Assembly (NCBI GenBank): GCA_963842945.1
Contig: CAWJIM010000024.1
Location: 320,001-384,000, forward strand
Source of the DNA: an uncultured Gemmatimonadales bacterium
GTDB taxonomy: Bacteria; Gemmatimonadota; Gemmatimonadetes; Gemmatimonadales; GWC2-71-9
Reading direction: 5' to 3'
DNA: 64,000 nucleotides
Shown here: one piece after another, positions 33,085 to 44,478 of the stretch
Numbering within the stretch: position 1 is the stretch's first letter
Layout of the letters: every line of letters begins with the position of its first letter
Translations under genes and position numbers: made by a program
Notes under the pieces: model-generated
Databases searched by the model: none
What the model was told of the DNA's origin: nothing
Seen by the model: the letters and a program-made list of their open reading frames with translations, nothing else

Positions 33085-35815
33085 TCAGCCGAGCTCGAGC
33101 GTTCCAAACCGCGCAGGATCCTGCCGATCGCCCCGGAGCCAAACCCACCCTCCGCCACCACTCCAGACCAGCTGGCCGGCTCGTCGAAGGCGGTCGGGGA
33201 GCATCTGATTGATCAGCAGGTCGAACCCGATCTCCTCACCCGGCCGGAACTCACCCCAGTCAGGCGGAGTGATGGTTACAGTGAGAAGGTACCCGGTATC
33301 TGTGCCGGACCAGCCGCCGGCAACCTGGTCGGGCGCGCCCGCAGTTCCCTCCACTCCACGAACGATAAGCTCTCCGGTTTTGGAAGGAACGATCAGGACC
33401 CCGAAGCCAACCTCCTCCTGCGGCAGCCTGACATACAGCTGAATCCCGTCGGCGTGAATCTCGTCCGGCTCGTTGTCCAGCCGGAGCGGCGCTGCCGCGG
33501 GATCGCGGAGGACCAGCTCCGGTTTGGTCACTTCTACCGCCACATGCAAACCCGCATCACTCCAGTTGACGTACGCGCGGGCAGAAAATTCTTCAGGTCC
33601 GGGATAGGGCTCCTCACTGCGACGGTACTGGTCCTCGTGGTCGAGCTCGAGCGGCTCGCTGGGATCGAACCCATCCAGGCTTCCGTCCAGTGCCGGTGGC
33701 TCGGCGATCTGAGGGGCGACCGCCCGGGCAACCAGCGGACGATTCTGCATCAGCGGCTGGAAGGGAGCCGCCGCCTTGCGGGCGCCCCGGAGCCGGACCG
33801 TCTCCTGGCCGGTTCGGACCTCCCAGCCTTCTACGGTCGAGATATGCCGTTCTACCGTCGCGCCGGTTTGCACCTCGACTCCGCTCTCCGTAACCCGCAG
33901 GTCCGTCACGGCAGGCGCCGGCCCCGGCTCGAGCACCGTGACGATCCGAACCTTCTGGCCAGCGGAGCGCAGCAGATAGAACGGAATGGCTTCGCCCGAG
34001 CCGGGTATGCCCGGTCCCACGGCTCGAATCAGATCACCGGGAACGTCGACCAGTGCGCTTAACGTGGCGCCGGCTTTGCCGGAGGAGCCGAGTCGGAGAG
34101 GGCCGGGCGAATCGGGGACGAACTGTTGGGCGTCGCGGGCGAATTCATCGTTCAGTTCGGCTGAGATCCAGCGGCCCGGTGACGTCACCTCGGTGCGCCC
34201 GCTCAGGTGCAGAGGGAGCTCGACCAGCTGATCGGAGGCCGAGGAGAGATCCACGAGGTCCAGCACGTAGCTCGGGCCGGAAACCACAGTGCGGGTCAAA
34301 TCTCCGAATCTGCCCCGGGCCCAGGCCCACTGTCCCTGCTCATCGAAGTTGTCGCAGACCGCATCGCCCAACCGCTGCGACTCACCGTCCAGACGGGGAG
34401 CGTTGTGTGCCAGCGTCGAACGATACCAGAACAGGTCGCGTGCGACGTACGAGCCGGTGCCAAGGTCCGGCAGCCAGTACTCGCCACCGGCGTGGAGCAA
34501 GAGGTTCAGGCGATCGGGGTGTCCGTGTCCTCCACCATGGGCTCCGCATTCCAGGCTGGTGTACCGGTCGCCCTGGCGAAGGATGGCAAGCCCCTGCCCG
34601 TCGATGAACACGCTTTCGGGTGACCAGGCTTCTTCCCCCGCAGGAAGACTGGGCAACATCTCCAGCAGAGCCCACCAGGAGAGATCGGCCCGGCCTCGGT
34701 GGGTGGGCGGAGCCTCCCCGGCCTCGTGGAGGTAGGAATCGAATGTCTGAGCCGGGGGCGCAGATGTCTGGTACAACAGCCGGAGCCAGTCCCACAGATC
34801 ACCCTGCGGAACGCCGGCCCCTTCGAGGCGCGCCAGACCAACCTCCCACAGCTCGAGGTACATCGGCTGAGCCAGAGATACTCCGAACCGTGAGTCCTTG
34901 CGGGCGGGGAAGGTCCCGTCGGGGAGGGCGGTCAACGCCGGGGCGCGGAGTGCCGCACTGAGTCGTTGGGCGAGCTGGGAATCAGCCAGCAGATCCACAC
35001 CGGCCTGGCGGGCCCAACCCATGGCTACCAGCTGGCCGCGGAGCGCAAACAGGTGGTAGTTGTCGCCCTCGAACCACATGCCGTCGGGCCCAAACCCCTG
35101 GAGCAGATGGGTAAGGATGCCGCTGCGTCCCTCGAGCATGCCGGGTGGCCAGTTCCTCGTCCTCGAACCACACGGCCACCGCGGCGAGCGCAGCGTTGTG
35201 CCAGGTCTGCCGGTTGGAGAGGCCCTCATCGAACTCGCCGATCAGGTTGGCGGCCTCGTCGGCCACGGCCGTCACGATCTCCCCGGTTTCCGCCTCGAGC
35301 AGCCCTCCATCCCGAAGCAGCGTTGCCGCCGCCAGATAGTTGGTCAGCCAGATGGACTCGAGATAGGTGGAGAAGAAGAGCCGGCTGGGCCCCAGCACGT
35401 TGTCCCGATTGGGATACGCCGGGTAGTTCCGGTATGCCTGCAGCACGGCATTGGCCCGAGCGGCGGCATCTTCACGATTGGCCATGGTGGCCAGCGCCGC
35501 CAGATGGGCGGCTCGCTCGGACACCCAGAGGTGCTGATAGTGCGCCCAGGCCCGGTCGTGCCGCTCGCCGGTGAAGCGCCGCCCGCAGCGAGGACAGCGG
35601 TGCTCCGTGGGACTCCAGGGATCGAACTCGAGCCGGACACCGTGCTCGGGACAGACTCCGCCATCTGCCGTCAACAGGGCCTTTGCTGCAGGGACCAGAG
35701 GCATGCGCTCCAGTACTGGACCCGCGCGCTGGGCCATCCGCTCCAGCAATGCAGCGAGCTCCGGCGACGCAGCGATCTCCTGCTGGCGCGTTTCCAGCTC
35801 CTCTGCCGTTAACAC
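33085..35815 (-). CDS. Heparinase II/III-like (oligosaccharide lyase) protein with C-terminal CBM9/DOMON-like domain, frameshift near 35145
   Basis: NRQTWHN, WFEGDNYH, HGGGHGHPDRL, YRSTLAHN; C-terminal PPALDGSL..DGIQLY..GFDLLIN; no signal peptide. Confidence 0.8.
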
Positions 35816-36807
35816 AGGTAGACACCTCGCATGGCCCAGGCGATCGGAAGGAGCCGGGCACCCAGGTTTCGGGCGGCCGCCATCATGGCCGAGGGATCAT
35901 CCGGCGCGAGAAAGAACATGCAGCCTCCAGCGCCCGATCCCGCCGCCTTTCCACCGAGCGAGCCCGCGCTTGCCATGGCCCGCTCGAGATCGGCCATTTC
36001 AGGGGTGGACATCCGGGCGTCCAATGCCAGCTGGTGGCGCCAATTCTGGCTGAGGAGCTGTCCAACCCGGGAGAAGTCCGCGGCGAGGAGAGCGTTGGCC
36101 ATGGCGTCCGCGACATCCCGAAGTCCGTTGAGTGCGCCATGCACGCTGGAATCTCCTTGCTCGTACGCGCGCATCACCCGCTCGATGGTGGTGCCGGAGA
36201 AGCGGGAGGCTCCGGTATAGCACAGTACGAGCCGCCGGGCCAGCTCCGCCATGAATCCCGGATCCAGCTTCAGCCGCTGAACTTCAGCCTGAGGATCACG
36301 GAAGGTCAATCGAAGAAAGCCACCATAGGACGAGGCGAACTGGTCCTGCCGCCCGCCCGCCATTCCTGCCTCTACCGCTTCCAGGTGACAGGCGGTCTCG
36401 GCGATCTCGAATGGGTCGCGAGTCTCGCCTCGAGCGGAGCTCAAGGCGGCGACCAGAGCCACGTCGAGCGCTCCGGAGCTGCCCAGTCCCGAGCCGGGCG
36501 GCGCGTCGGTCCGAGTCAGCAGAGTGCACCCGCCCACCGGCAGCATTCGAAGCCCCGCCTTTTGCAGATCCAGTCTTCCATCTCGAACCAGACCGGAAGA
36601 ATCGCTCACTTCCAACTGATCGTGGAGGTCTTCGGCAATGAGACGGAAGCCAGTGCCTCCCAGCCGCACCTCGGCCCGGGCGAAGAGCCGAATGGCGGCG
36701 GTCACCACAACCCCACCCTCTCGAGCTGAGAAGGGCGGAACGTCGGTCCACCCTCCCGCGAGATCCAGACGGACGGGTGCCGTGGCCGCGAAGGCGGGCT
36801 CGCTCAC
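35809..36807 (-). CDS. GHMP-family sugar kinase (HddA/fucokinase-like)
   Basis: APVRLDLAGGWTD, PPGSGLGSSG, GGRQDQ, GKAAGSGAGG; GTG start overlaps the upstream stop. Confidence 0.9.
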   Translation of the reverse strand: MSEPAFAATAPVRLDLAGGWTDVPPFSAREGGVVVTAAIRLFARAEVRLGGTGFRLIAEDLHDQLEVSDSSGLVRDGRLDLQKAGLRMLPVGGCTLLTRTDAPPGSGLGSSGALDVALVAALSSARGETRDPFEIAETACHLEAVEAGMAGGRQDQFASSYGGFLRLTFRDPQAEVQRLKLDPGFMAELARRLVLCYTGASRFSGTTIERVMRAYEQGDSSVHGALNGLRDVADAMANALLAADFSRVGQLLSQNWRHQLALDARMSTPEMADLERAMASAGSLGGKAAGSGAGGCMFFLAPDDPSAMMAAARNLGARLLPIAWAMRGVYLC

Positions 36808-38234
36808 CTCCGGACCCACCACCGCTGCACCGTGGGCAGCTCTCCCCGGAGATCCATGGTCACCCCATGGACGCGGCGGTTCATACCCTGCAGACCTCGG
36901 GGATGATAGAGAAAGGCCGCAGGCACCGAATCGGCAATCACCTGCTGGGCCGCCCGGGGATCCGATGGAACCGGTACGCCGGCCAGTGCCGCGAGCGGAC
37001 CGAGATAGCCCAGAGCAAGATCTCCCGGTACGCCAAGCACGGCAGCCTGAAAATCGTGCGACCGGCCGTAGACTCGGGCCAGAAAGGCTGATAGCTCGAG
37101 CTGGCGCAGCGTAACGTCGAAGCCGGCGCTCTTCAGCCGAGCCTGGAGCATCTGCTCCAACGCAGCTTCTCCACTTCCCACCGTCAGGAGCTCGAACGCT
37201 ATACGAGAGCCGGTTGAAATGGGGACCGGGGACATGGCCGGCGGACGAACAGGAACATAGCCCGGAGCCGTTGGCGGGACGGGACCCACCGCGGGAGTCC
37301 CGAAGCCGTAGATGTAACCATCCACCAGCTCCTGACGATCGATTGCCGAGCTGACCGCCCACCGCACGCCGAGCTGGTCGAAGGGTGCGCGGCGAGTATT
37401 GAACAGCATTGCGTCGGTCCACAGGAGCGGATAGGTGAGAACCGCGAGCTCCGGGTTCTGCCGGACAAACTCGGCGTGGGCCGGCTGAATCCCGGCAAAG
37501 TCGAGCTCGCCCGAGGTCAGAGCCGCCAGCTTGGTGGTGGGCTCATTCACCACCACCACGATGAAGCGGTCGAGCCGGGGCGGCCCACCCAGGGCGGGAG
37601 GAAATGAGCGGTTGGCGCTGAAGACCCACCGCCGGTTCGCCTCATGGGAAACGAACCTGAATGGACCGTTGCCAACAGGGGAGCTGTTCCAGCCTGCCTG
37701 CCGAAGGTCCGCCGCCTTCACTCCCCGGAAGAGATGGGCCGGGAGAATGGCGAGATCCGTCAGCAGATCGGGGAAACTGCGCTGCGCCTCCCGAAAACGC
37801 ACGACAACGCTCGAGTCGTCCGGGGCCGAAACGGCCTCGAAGGCTGCCATCTCATTCTGCCGGGGATAGCCCGTGGCAGGATCGCGCGCGGTGTTGAGCG
37901 TCCAGACCACATCCCGCGCCGTGGTTGGGAGACCATCATGCCAGCGGACACCGGTCTGAAGGTCGAGAGTGAGTGTGCGACGATCCTGGGACCAGCGCCA
38001 GGACCGAGCCAGATAGGGCTGCGGCGTCATGCTACTGTCGTATCGCGCCAACGTGGTGAGCAGCACGTAACGCTGGACCTGTCGGGCAAGCGGATGGACC
38101 GTGAGCAGTGGATTGATGCTTTGCAGATCGGCGCCCGAAGCAAACAGCACGGTGGCGCCCCGGCGCTCCGCGCTCGAGCCGCATGCGACGATACCAATAG
38201 CCAGGAGAGGAACGGAGAAGTGGCGCCCGAGCAC
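36804..38234 (-). CDS. ABC transporter family 5 (peptide/oligosaccharide) substrate-binding lipoprotein
   Basis: IVACG lipobox; PYLARSW, WHDG.PTTARDV, PVGNGPF, VRWAVSSAIDR. Confidence 0.9.
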   Translation of the reverse strand: MLGRHFSVPLLAIGIVACGSSAERRGATVLFASGADLQSINPLLTVHPLARQVQRYVLLTTLARYDSSMTPQPYLARSWRWSQDRRTLTLDLQTGVRWHDGLPTTARDVVWTLNTARDPATGYPRQNEMAAFEAVSAPDDSSVVVRFREAQRSFPDLLTDLAILPAHLFRGVKAADLRQAGWNSSPVGNGPFRFVSHEANRRWVFSANRSFPPALGGPPRLDRFIVVVVNEPTTKLAALTSGELDFAGIQPAHAEFVRQNPELAVLTYPLLWTDAMLFNTRRAPFDQLGVRWAVSSAIDRQELVDGYIYGFGTPAVGPVPPTAPGYVPVRPPAMSPVPISTGSRIAFELLTVGSGEAALEQMLQARLKSAGFDVTLRQLELSAFLARVYGRSHDFQAAVLGVPGDLALGYLGPLAALAGVPVPSDPRAAQQVIADSVPAAFLYHPRGLQGMNRRVHGVTMDLRGELPTVQRWWVRR

Positions 38235-38270
38235 GGCGTATTTTAGCGGCAACCCTGTCTACATTGAACC

Positions 38271-39248
38271 ATGGTGAGAGCACTGCTGCGCCGAGCCTTC
38301 ACCGGCCTTGCCGTGGTTCTGGGCGTGGTCACCCTCATGTTTTTTCTCATTCGACTCGCCCCCGGCGACCCCGCTCTCCTCCTCGTCGGACCCACAGCAT
38401 CAGAAGAGCAACTGGCCGCTCAGCGGAGAAGCCTCGGGCTGGACCAGCCTCTGCCGCAGCAGTACGCCAGCTGGCTCGCTCGATTTACCCGGGGAGACTG
38501 GGGCACCAGCATTGCCACCGGGCGACCGGTGCGCTCGATGATCGCCGAAGCGTGGCCTGCCACCGTTCGTCTGGTAGGGCTCTCGCTGCTGCTCAGCTAT
38601 CTCCTCGGGATCGTTGTTGGTGCGGTCCAGGCGGCGAGCGGGGGCCGGCTGGACACCTCGTTGTCTGTCGTCACCGTAACCCTCTTTGCCCTGCCCGGCT
38701 ATTGGCTGGGTCTCATGCTGGTGATGGTATTCACCTACTGGGCCCGGGCCCTGCCGGCGTTCGGCGCGGCCGGCTTCGATGCCGACTTTCTCACTGGCTG
38801 GAGCCGGACGGCCGATCGGCTCCGTCACCTGGCCCTACCCTTGATCACACTGACGCTCATCGGTGTGGGCGGCGTGGCCCGGTACGTGAGAGGGGCCATG
38901 CTCGACGTCAGCGGGGCGCCGCACGTCGCGGTGGCACGGTCTAAGGGACTTTCACCAGCGGCGGTGACTCTTCGGCACGTGCTGCGCAACGCCCTCATTC
39001 CGGTGGTAACCCTGCTGGGGCTTTCGCTGCCCGCCCTGTTCTCGGGCGCGGTGTTCATCGAGTCGATCTTTGCCTGGCCGGGTGTGGGTCGAATCATGGT
39101 GGAGGCGGTAGGAGCGCGAGACTACCCGGTCATCATGGCGGCCACGGCTGTCAGCGCAGCCTTAGTGGTAGCCGGCAATCTCCTGGCCGAGCTGCTGACC
39201 GCGTGGGTTGATCCGAGGGTGCGTACCGCCTCCGGGAGTGCCCAGTGA
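38271..39248 (+). CDS. ABC transporter permease (OppB/DppB-like)
   Basis: APGDP, LGLDQPL..QY, GDWGTS, ARSKGL, HVLRNALIP, ESIFAWPGVG. Confidence 0.93.
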   Translation: MVRALLRRAFTGLAVVLGVVTLMFFLIRLAPGDPALLLVGPTASEEQLAAQRRSLGLDQPLPQQYASWLARFTRGDWGTSIATGRPVRSMIAEAWPATVRLVGLSLLLSYLLGIVVGAVQAASGGRLDTSLSVVTVTLFALPGYWLGLMLVMVFTYWARALPAFGAAGFDADFLTGWSRTADRLRHLALPLITLTLIGVGGVARYVRGAMLDVSGAPHVAVARSKGLSPAAVTLRHVLRNALIPVVTLLGLSLPALFSGAVFIESIFAWPGVGRIMVEAVGARDYPVIMAATAVSAALVVAGNLLAELLTAWVDPRVRTASGSAQ

Positions 39249-40106
39249 CGTTGCCCTCACACTCGTTGCTGCGGGACCGGCGGGCGCAGTTCGGGTTGAT
39301 GGTGATCCTGTTAGCCATTGTGATCGCGCTGGCGGCTCCGCTCCTGGCTGGAGATCCAGTGGTGCAGCGGGACATTGTCGCCACCCGCTTTCTGCCACCA
39401 CTCAGTACCGACCTGCACGGCGCTTTTCACGCCTTGGGCACCGACCGTTTCGGGCGGGACGTATGGGCCCGTCTGGCCTATGGCGCGCGGATCTCTCTGG
39501 GGGTCGGGGTGCTCGCCGTGCTGCTCTCGGTGACGATCGGGATTCTGATCGGCGCTGCTTCAGGTTTCTGGCCCGGCGCTGTCGGCACCGTGCTGCTGGG
39601 GTTGACCGATTTCGCTCTGGCGCTTCCCCGTGTGGTGCTTCTGCTGCTGCTGGCCTCGCTCTGGCAACCCAGTGCCGCTCTGGTGGTGGCCGTCCTGGGT
39701 CTGACCGGTTGGATGACCGTGGCGCGCCTGGTGCACGGAGAGGTGCGGGCGCTTTCCGCCCGCCCGTTCGTGGAGAGTGCCGTTGCCCTGGGAGTCAGAG
39801 GCCCGCGAGTACTGGTGCGACATATCCTGCCGAACGCCATGACTCCGGTGATCGTCAGCGCGGCTCTCGGGTGTCGGCAACGCCATCATGCTGGAGGCGG
39901 GGCTCTCATTTCTGGGACTGGGAGTACAGCCGCCGACGCCATCCTGGGGAAACCTGATCGCCTCGGGGCGCGATACCCTGGTCAATGCTCCGTGGGTAGC
40001 CACGGCACCCGGTGTGGCTCTGGTGCTGGTGGTGGTTGCGGCAACGCTACTGGGAGATGCTCTGCGGGATCGGATGGATCCGGCTCAGCGCCGGGAAGTG
40101 ACCTGA
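39245..40106 (+). CDS. ABC transporter permease (OppC/DppC-like), frameshift near 39870
   Basis: LGTDRFGRDV, GARISL, ARLVHGEV, HILPN, EAGLSFLGLG..PSWG. Confidence 0.92.
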
Positions 40107-40107
40107 T

Positions 40108-40611
40108 TCAGCGACCGGTCCACTGCGCCGAGCCGAGCACCTCGTCGATTCGTCGCTCGAGGACCACCAGGGCTCCTGGAGCTGCGCCGCAGCCGTAATC
40201 GTGCTCCACCCGTTTGGTTCGGCCGCCGAACGTCAGGGAGGTGATGGCAGAAGGAGAGTCGGTAGAATACCGGCCGCAGACCGGCTCGGCGGCGGCGTAG
40301 CGGCTGGCGAACGAGAAGTAGCCCGCCCGGTCCAGCTCGGAGAGAAGCGCCTGAACTCGCTCGGGCGGTATTCGAGTGGAAGCCGTGCCCAATTGGCGTA
40401 CATGGGCTTTTCCCTCGTAGGTCACGGTGCCGTCCGAGGAAACTGCCAGTCGATAGACCGGACAGCCGCCGAAGCAGGCCGTACGCTCCAGGGTAATCAC
40501 GGGAGCGTCTACCGAATCGACCGCCATGCCTTCAGTTGAACCAGAGTTAGAATTGCGGGAGGCGCAGGCGCTGGACCACAGCACGATAGCCAGGGCGGCC
40601 CACCGCCTCAC
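40108..40611 (-). CDS. Lipoprotein, DUF6438-like
   Basis: WSSAC lipobox; ITLERTACFGGCPVY..DGTVTYEG, TDSP. Confidence 0.75.
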   Translation of the reverse strand: MRRWAALAIVLWSSACASRNSNSGSTEGMAVDSVDAPVITLERTACFGGCPVYRLAVSSDGTVTYEGKAHVRQLGTASTRIPPERVQALLSELDRAGYFSFASRYAAAEPVCGRYSTDSPSAITSLTFGGRTKRVEHDYGCGAAPGALVVLERRIDEVLGSAQWTGR

Positions 40612-42837
40612 TGGCCGACTCGCATCCGCCGCAACTGGCTGCGCACGCCCGACGACAGCAGCAGGTCAACCTGAGCCTTCCGAGTGGCCAGCTCCACCTC
40701 GCCACCGCGGGCAAAGGAGAGGACCTCTCCGCTGTCGGGGTCGCGGACCATGACCATTGGATGCGCCTTGCTATCCCACTGGAGAGACACCCGGTCGGCC
40801 GCGATGCGCCGCACGACGATCCTCCCAGGTACCGCTCCCGGGCCCTGGGCAATGATTCCAGCCGAGTCCGCGAGCACTGCCTGCGCGCCCCTGGCCGGTC
40901 ACCCGGATCCGGGCGAGCCGGGCTGCACCGATGGTCGAAAGAGGAATCGCAAAGACGAAGTTCTGCTGCGCCGTGGGAGCGTCAACCACCGCGTTGGGAC
41001 TGAATGACATCGAGAAAACCGGTTTGCCATCGGTGTCCTGTCCGTCCAGCAGGTAGGGACCCCGACGGCTGGGAAGGCTGGGCCGCGTATTGACCTCGAA
41101 GGCCGGCTCGAGAACGATCTCACCGTTTACGATGTGGCCCCATACCAGGAGGCACGGCTGGATGTCCGCGCCGGTCACCGAGGAAAGGATGGGCGGGCTG
41201 GGCGACCGAAGGTAGTTCATCACACCGCGGTAAGTGTAATCGCTGATCCATTTGGGATCACAATAGCCCATGATATCGGCCAGGGTGGACGCCTCGAGCG
41301 TCTTGGCGGCCACGTCCATGCCGTAAGCACCGGTGCTGCCGTCTGGCCTGGGGTATTGAGGATCAATGCCCGCGGGACCGCCGCACGGCGCATGGTTTCG
41401 GCCCCAGTTGTGTCCCAGCTCGTGGGCCGCGACGATGCTCCCCGAGGGCAGATAGTCCCAGCCGAGAGCGGCGCGCTGTCCACTTCCCGGCGTGGTGCCG
41501 GGGATACTCACGTAGGCGACGCCGGCAACTCCACTCGAGTAGGTGACCCGGGCGACGCCGTAGTAATAACGGGGGCTGTGTTCCGTGACCCGAAGCGCGT
41601 CGATCTCGCCCAGGATCGTTCCCCAGGCTCCGTTACTGTTGTTGGCCTGGAGGGTGAGGGTGGTCTTGGTCGAGTAGGCGGCGTGGAGCAGGGTGCTGAA
41701 GGTATCGATCGGGTGCATTCGCTGGGTGCTGACCAGGAAGCTGTCCTTGTTGGTGGCCGAAACGCGGCCAAGCAGATGATTGCCGGACTGCAACACCGGC
41801 ACCAGCGTCACGTCGAGTGTGGGCACGGCCTGCACGTTCAGCAGCGCCGGCCCTGTAGCGGGGTAGACGTTATCGGTCGTGCTAATCTCCGGAATCTGGG
41901 TCACTCCCGCCGGATTGACCTCCGCCTCGATAGCCAGCCCTGGCTGGAGAATCGTGCCTGACAGCGTGGTGTCCCAGGAATAAGCCAGGGAGCTTTCATC
42001 CACCGCCGTCGGTACGGAGAGGCCTGAGGGCGGAATGTTGAGGGTCGAGAACAGCCCTCCGCCGTTGGAGAGACGGACCTGCACCGTAGGCGCCGCGGTG
42101 TTGGCCCGGTCGGCCACCACGAAAATCCGCAAGTAACCATCGCGTCCCTGCACCAGGGGCACCGATCCGCCGGCATCCTGCACGCTCTGCGTCACGTACA
42201 TCCCCGCGATGCAGAGGTTCACGCTCCCATCGTTGGGCGGAACAGTGTAGTCCACCGTTGCGGTAGCGGTACTCCTGGCCACGACGCTGACATCCTGACT
42301 GTCGGGACTCACAGTGTGAGTGGCGCAGCCGATCGATGCCGAGGCGGCGGCCTTCACGGTGTAGACGCCCGGATCGAGCCCCGCGAGCGTCGTGGTACCA
42401 TCGACCGGCTGGTTGTATCCGCCGGGACCGGTCACCGTGATCGCCGCGCTTCGACTGGTACCGAGACCATTCACTGCTACGGTGAGGTTACCGGTGGCCT
42501 GGGAATAGAACACCGAGGCGGTGGACTGAGTGTTGGTAGCGGCCACTGTCACCGTCTGCGACGGCGGGCTCGGATCATAGGTGGAGTTACCGATCACCAC
42601 CGCGGTAGCACTGACGGTGTAGGCCCCTGGGGTCACCTGGGTGAAGGTCTGAGTGGCCGAAACGGACTGATTGAAGTTGTCGGGGCCGGTAACCGTGACT
42701 GCCGATGCGGTCCCGTTCGGAAGGCCGAGAATGGTGACTCGAAGGCTCCCGGCACTCGGACCGCTGGGGCCGCCATCACAACCCAACAACAGGAGAAGCA
42801 GGAGCCAGGCGGGCCGTTTAAAGGCTGCGAAATTCAT
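40608..42837 (-). CDS. Lipoprotein metallopeptidase (M66/StcE-like) with N-terminal beta-sandwich repeats; C-terminal frameshift
   Basis: LLGC lipobox; AHELGHNWGRNHAPCG (HExxHxxGxxH), DIMGYC Met-turn, WISDY. Confidence 0.85.
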
Positions 42838-43199
42838 CGTGGCTCCTCGACCATGCTCAATCCTCAGGGCGAATGAACTGCGGGAAGAACCATTGCGTTC
42901 TGCACCCGACCTGCGCTGCGAACCCTCGCACTGTCCTTGACTCAAGGCGCGGTGTAATGGCTTGGACCATGCGGTCTAACCTAAGTTCCAGCTTCGAGTT
43001 AGCTCGTAGGAGTCGAGCGAATGTTCGGCTGAGATCCGCCGGTATGAATGGCCTGTACCCTCAAACCGGTGACAACCGTGAGCCAGCGCGTTTCAACGAC
43101 GGAAGGATCGGCAATACCCGCGCCAATGGCGGGGCCGGAGAGTGAAGGACTAGAGAAAGTTGGGGAGAAGAGGAATGAAGAAAAACAGCCGGGCGGCGC

Positions 43200-43637
43200 T
43201 TAGGCGGCGCTGGAACCTCCGCCGCGGCTCCGCATACAGCGCTGAACCTCAGCCAGCAGTCGCTCGGCAGGGAACGGCTTGGGGACAATGCTGCATGGCG
43301 TAGCTATGCCAAGCTCCGAGAGCGCGGCGGTGGCGTAGCCGGACATGAGCACTACAGGAATATCGGCGTGGGATTCGGCCACCGCCTGCATCAGCTCGAC
43401 CCCGTTCATGCGGGGCATCACGATATCCGAGACGATCAGATCGATCGTCCCCTGTCCTGCCCGGACCCTTTCCAGTGCTTCGAGGCCGTCAGCGGCTTCG
43501 AGCACCTCGTAACCCTCACGCTGCAGGACTCGCACAGCGAACCGGCGCACAGCGGTCTCGTCGTCCACCACCAGCACGCTTACACCAGCACCGACGCGGG
43601 TCGGCGTGGAGTGGGAGAACTCGTCGAGGGTCTGCAT
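43200..43637 (-). CDS. Single-domain response regulator receiver
   Basis: VLVVDDE, SDIVMP, MSGY, KPF. Confidence 0.92.
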   Translation of the reverse strand: MQTLDEFSHSTPTRVGAGVSVLVVDDETAVRRFAVRVLQREGYEVLEAADGLEALERVRAGQGTIDLIVSDIVMPRMNGVELMQAVAESHADIPVVLMSGYATAALSELGIATPCSIVPKPFPAERLLAEVQRCMRSRGGGSSAA

Positions 43638-43725
43638 ACCTGGTCTTGTTGAGGGACGGAGCAATGTAATGCCGGGTGAGATTCGTTACCACCCCGAGAG
43701 CCGGTATGGCAGACGGGTTTCCGGT

Positions 43726-44478
43726 CTATGCGGGGCGCCGCCCGGCGCGCAGGGTCAGGGGCCAGCGGACCAGCCAGGAGCTCCGGTTGTCGCCCCAGAG
43801 GGGCTGCAGCTCCCGGGCAAGCTCGGGTATCGGGTCCGATCCTTTTGCCTCTCGGTACAGCTGGGTTGCGGACCAGGTCCCGATATAGCCCAGCAGCTCG
43901 TCCAGCGTCCAGTGCCGCTGCATCTGAAAGTCCGGATGATCGAGCTCGGGATAGGGAAAGCTGATGGTGCTGTACCCGGCTTCCACGTGACACCGTTCAG
44001 GAGGCCAGTAAGGGCCCACCACTTCATGGTAGAACCGGGTCAGGACGGCGTTCACCGCCAGGTCCTCGAGCACCTGATTGCCATAGGTCCAAATCGCCAG
44101 TATCCCGGCTGGTTTGAGCACCCGGCTCACCTCAGCGTAGAACCGTTCCGGCTCGAACCAGTGCAAGGCCTGGGCGACGGTGACCAGGTCGGCGCTCCCT
44201 GGCTCCAGCTCACTGTCGTAGGCGCTGCCCTGGCGGTATTCCACGGAGGCGTGGACCGGCGCCTGTGCCAGCATGGCGCTGCTGATGTCGGTCGCGATCA
44301 CCCGCCGGAAATACCGGCTGAGCGGGATGCTGGCCTGCCCGCTTCCCGCGGCGCAGTCCCACGCCAAATCATGCCCGCTGGCTGCTCCGGCCAGAAAGGC
44401 GAACAACTCGTCCGGGTAAGCCGGCCGCCTGAGCGCATAGGCATCCGCAACTACCGAAAAGTGGTCAGAGGCCTTCAC
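43726..44478 (-). CDS. Class I SAM-dependent methyltransferase
   Basis: AWDCAAGSGQ, ATDIS, VAQALHWF, RVLKPAG. Confidence 0.92.
   Translation of the reverse strand: MKASDHFSVVADAYALRRPAYPDELFAFLAGAASGHDLAWDCAAGSGQASIPLSRYFRRVIATDISSAMLAQAPVHASVEYRQGSAYDSELEPGSADLVTVAQALHWFEPERFYAEVSRVLKPAGILAIWTYGNQVLEDLAVNAVLTRFYHEVVGPYWPPERCHVEAGYSTISFPYPELDHPDFQMQRHWTLDELLGYIGTWSATQLYREAKGSDPIPELARELQPLWGDNRSSWLVRWPLTLRAGRRPA

Noticed and set aside
35809..37422. 537-aa extended GHMP kinase
   Set aside because: The N-terminal ~200 aa overlap the SBP gene in another frame; the real start is GTG 36807.
42840..43000. Riboswitch upstream of the M66-like peptidase
   Set aside because: Small hairpins are present (e.g. 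CCTTGACTCAAGG) but I found no match to c-di-GMP, c-di-AMP or other aptamer consensus.
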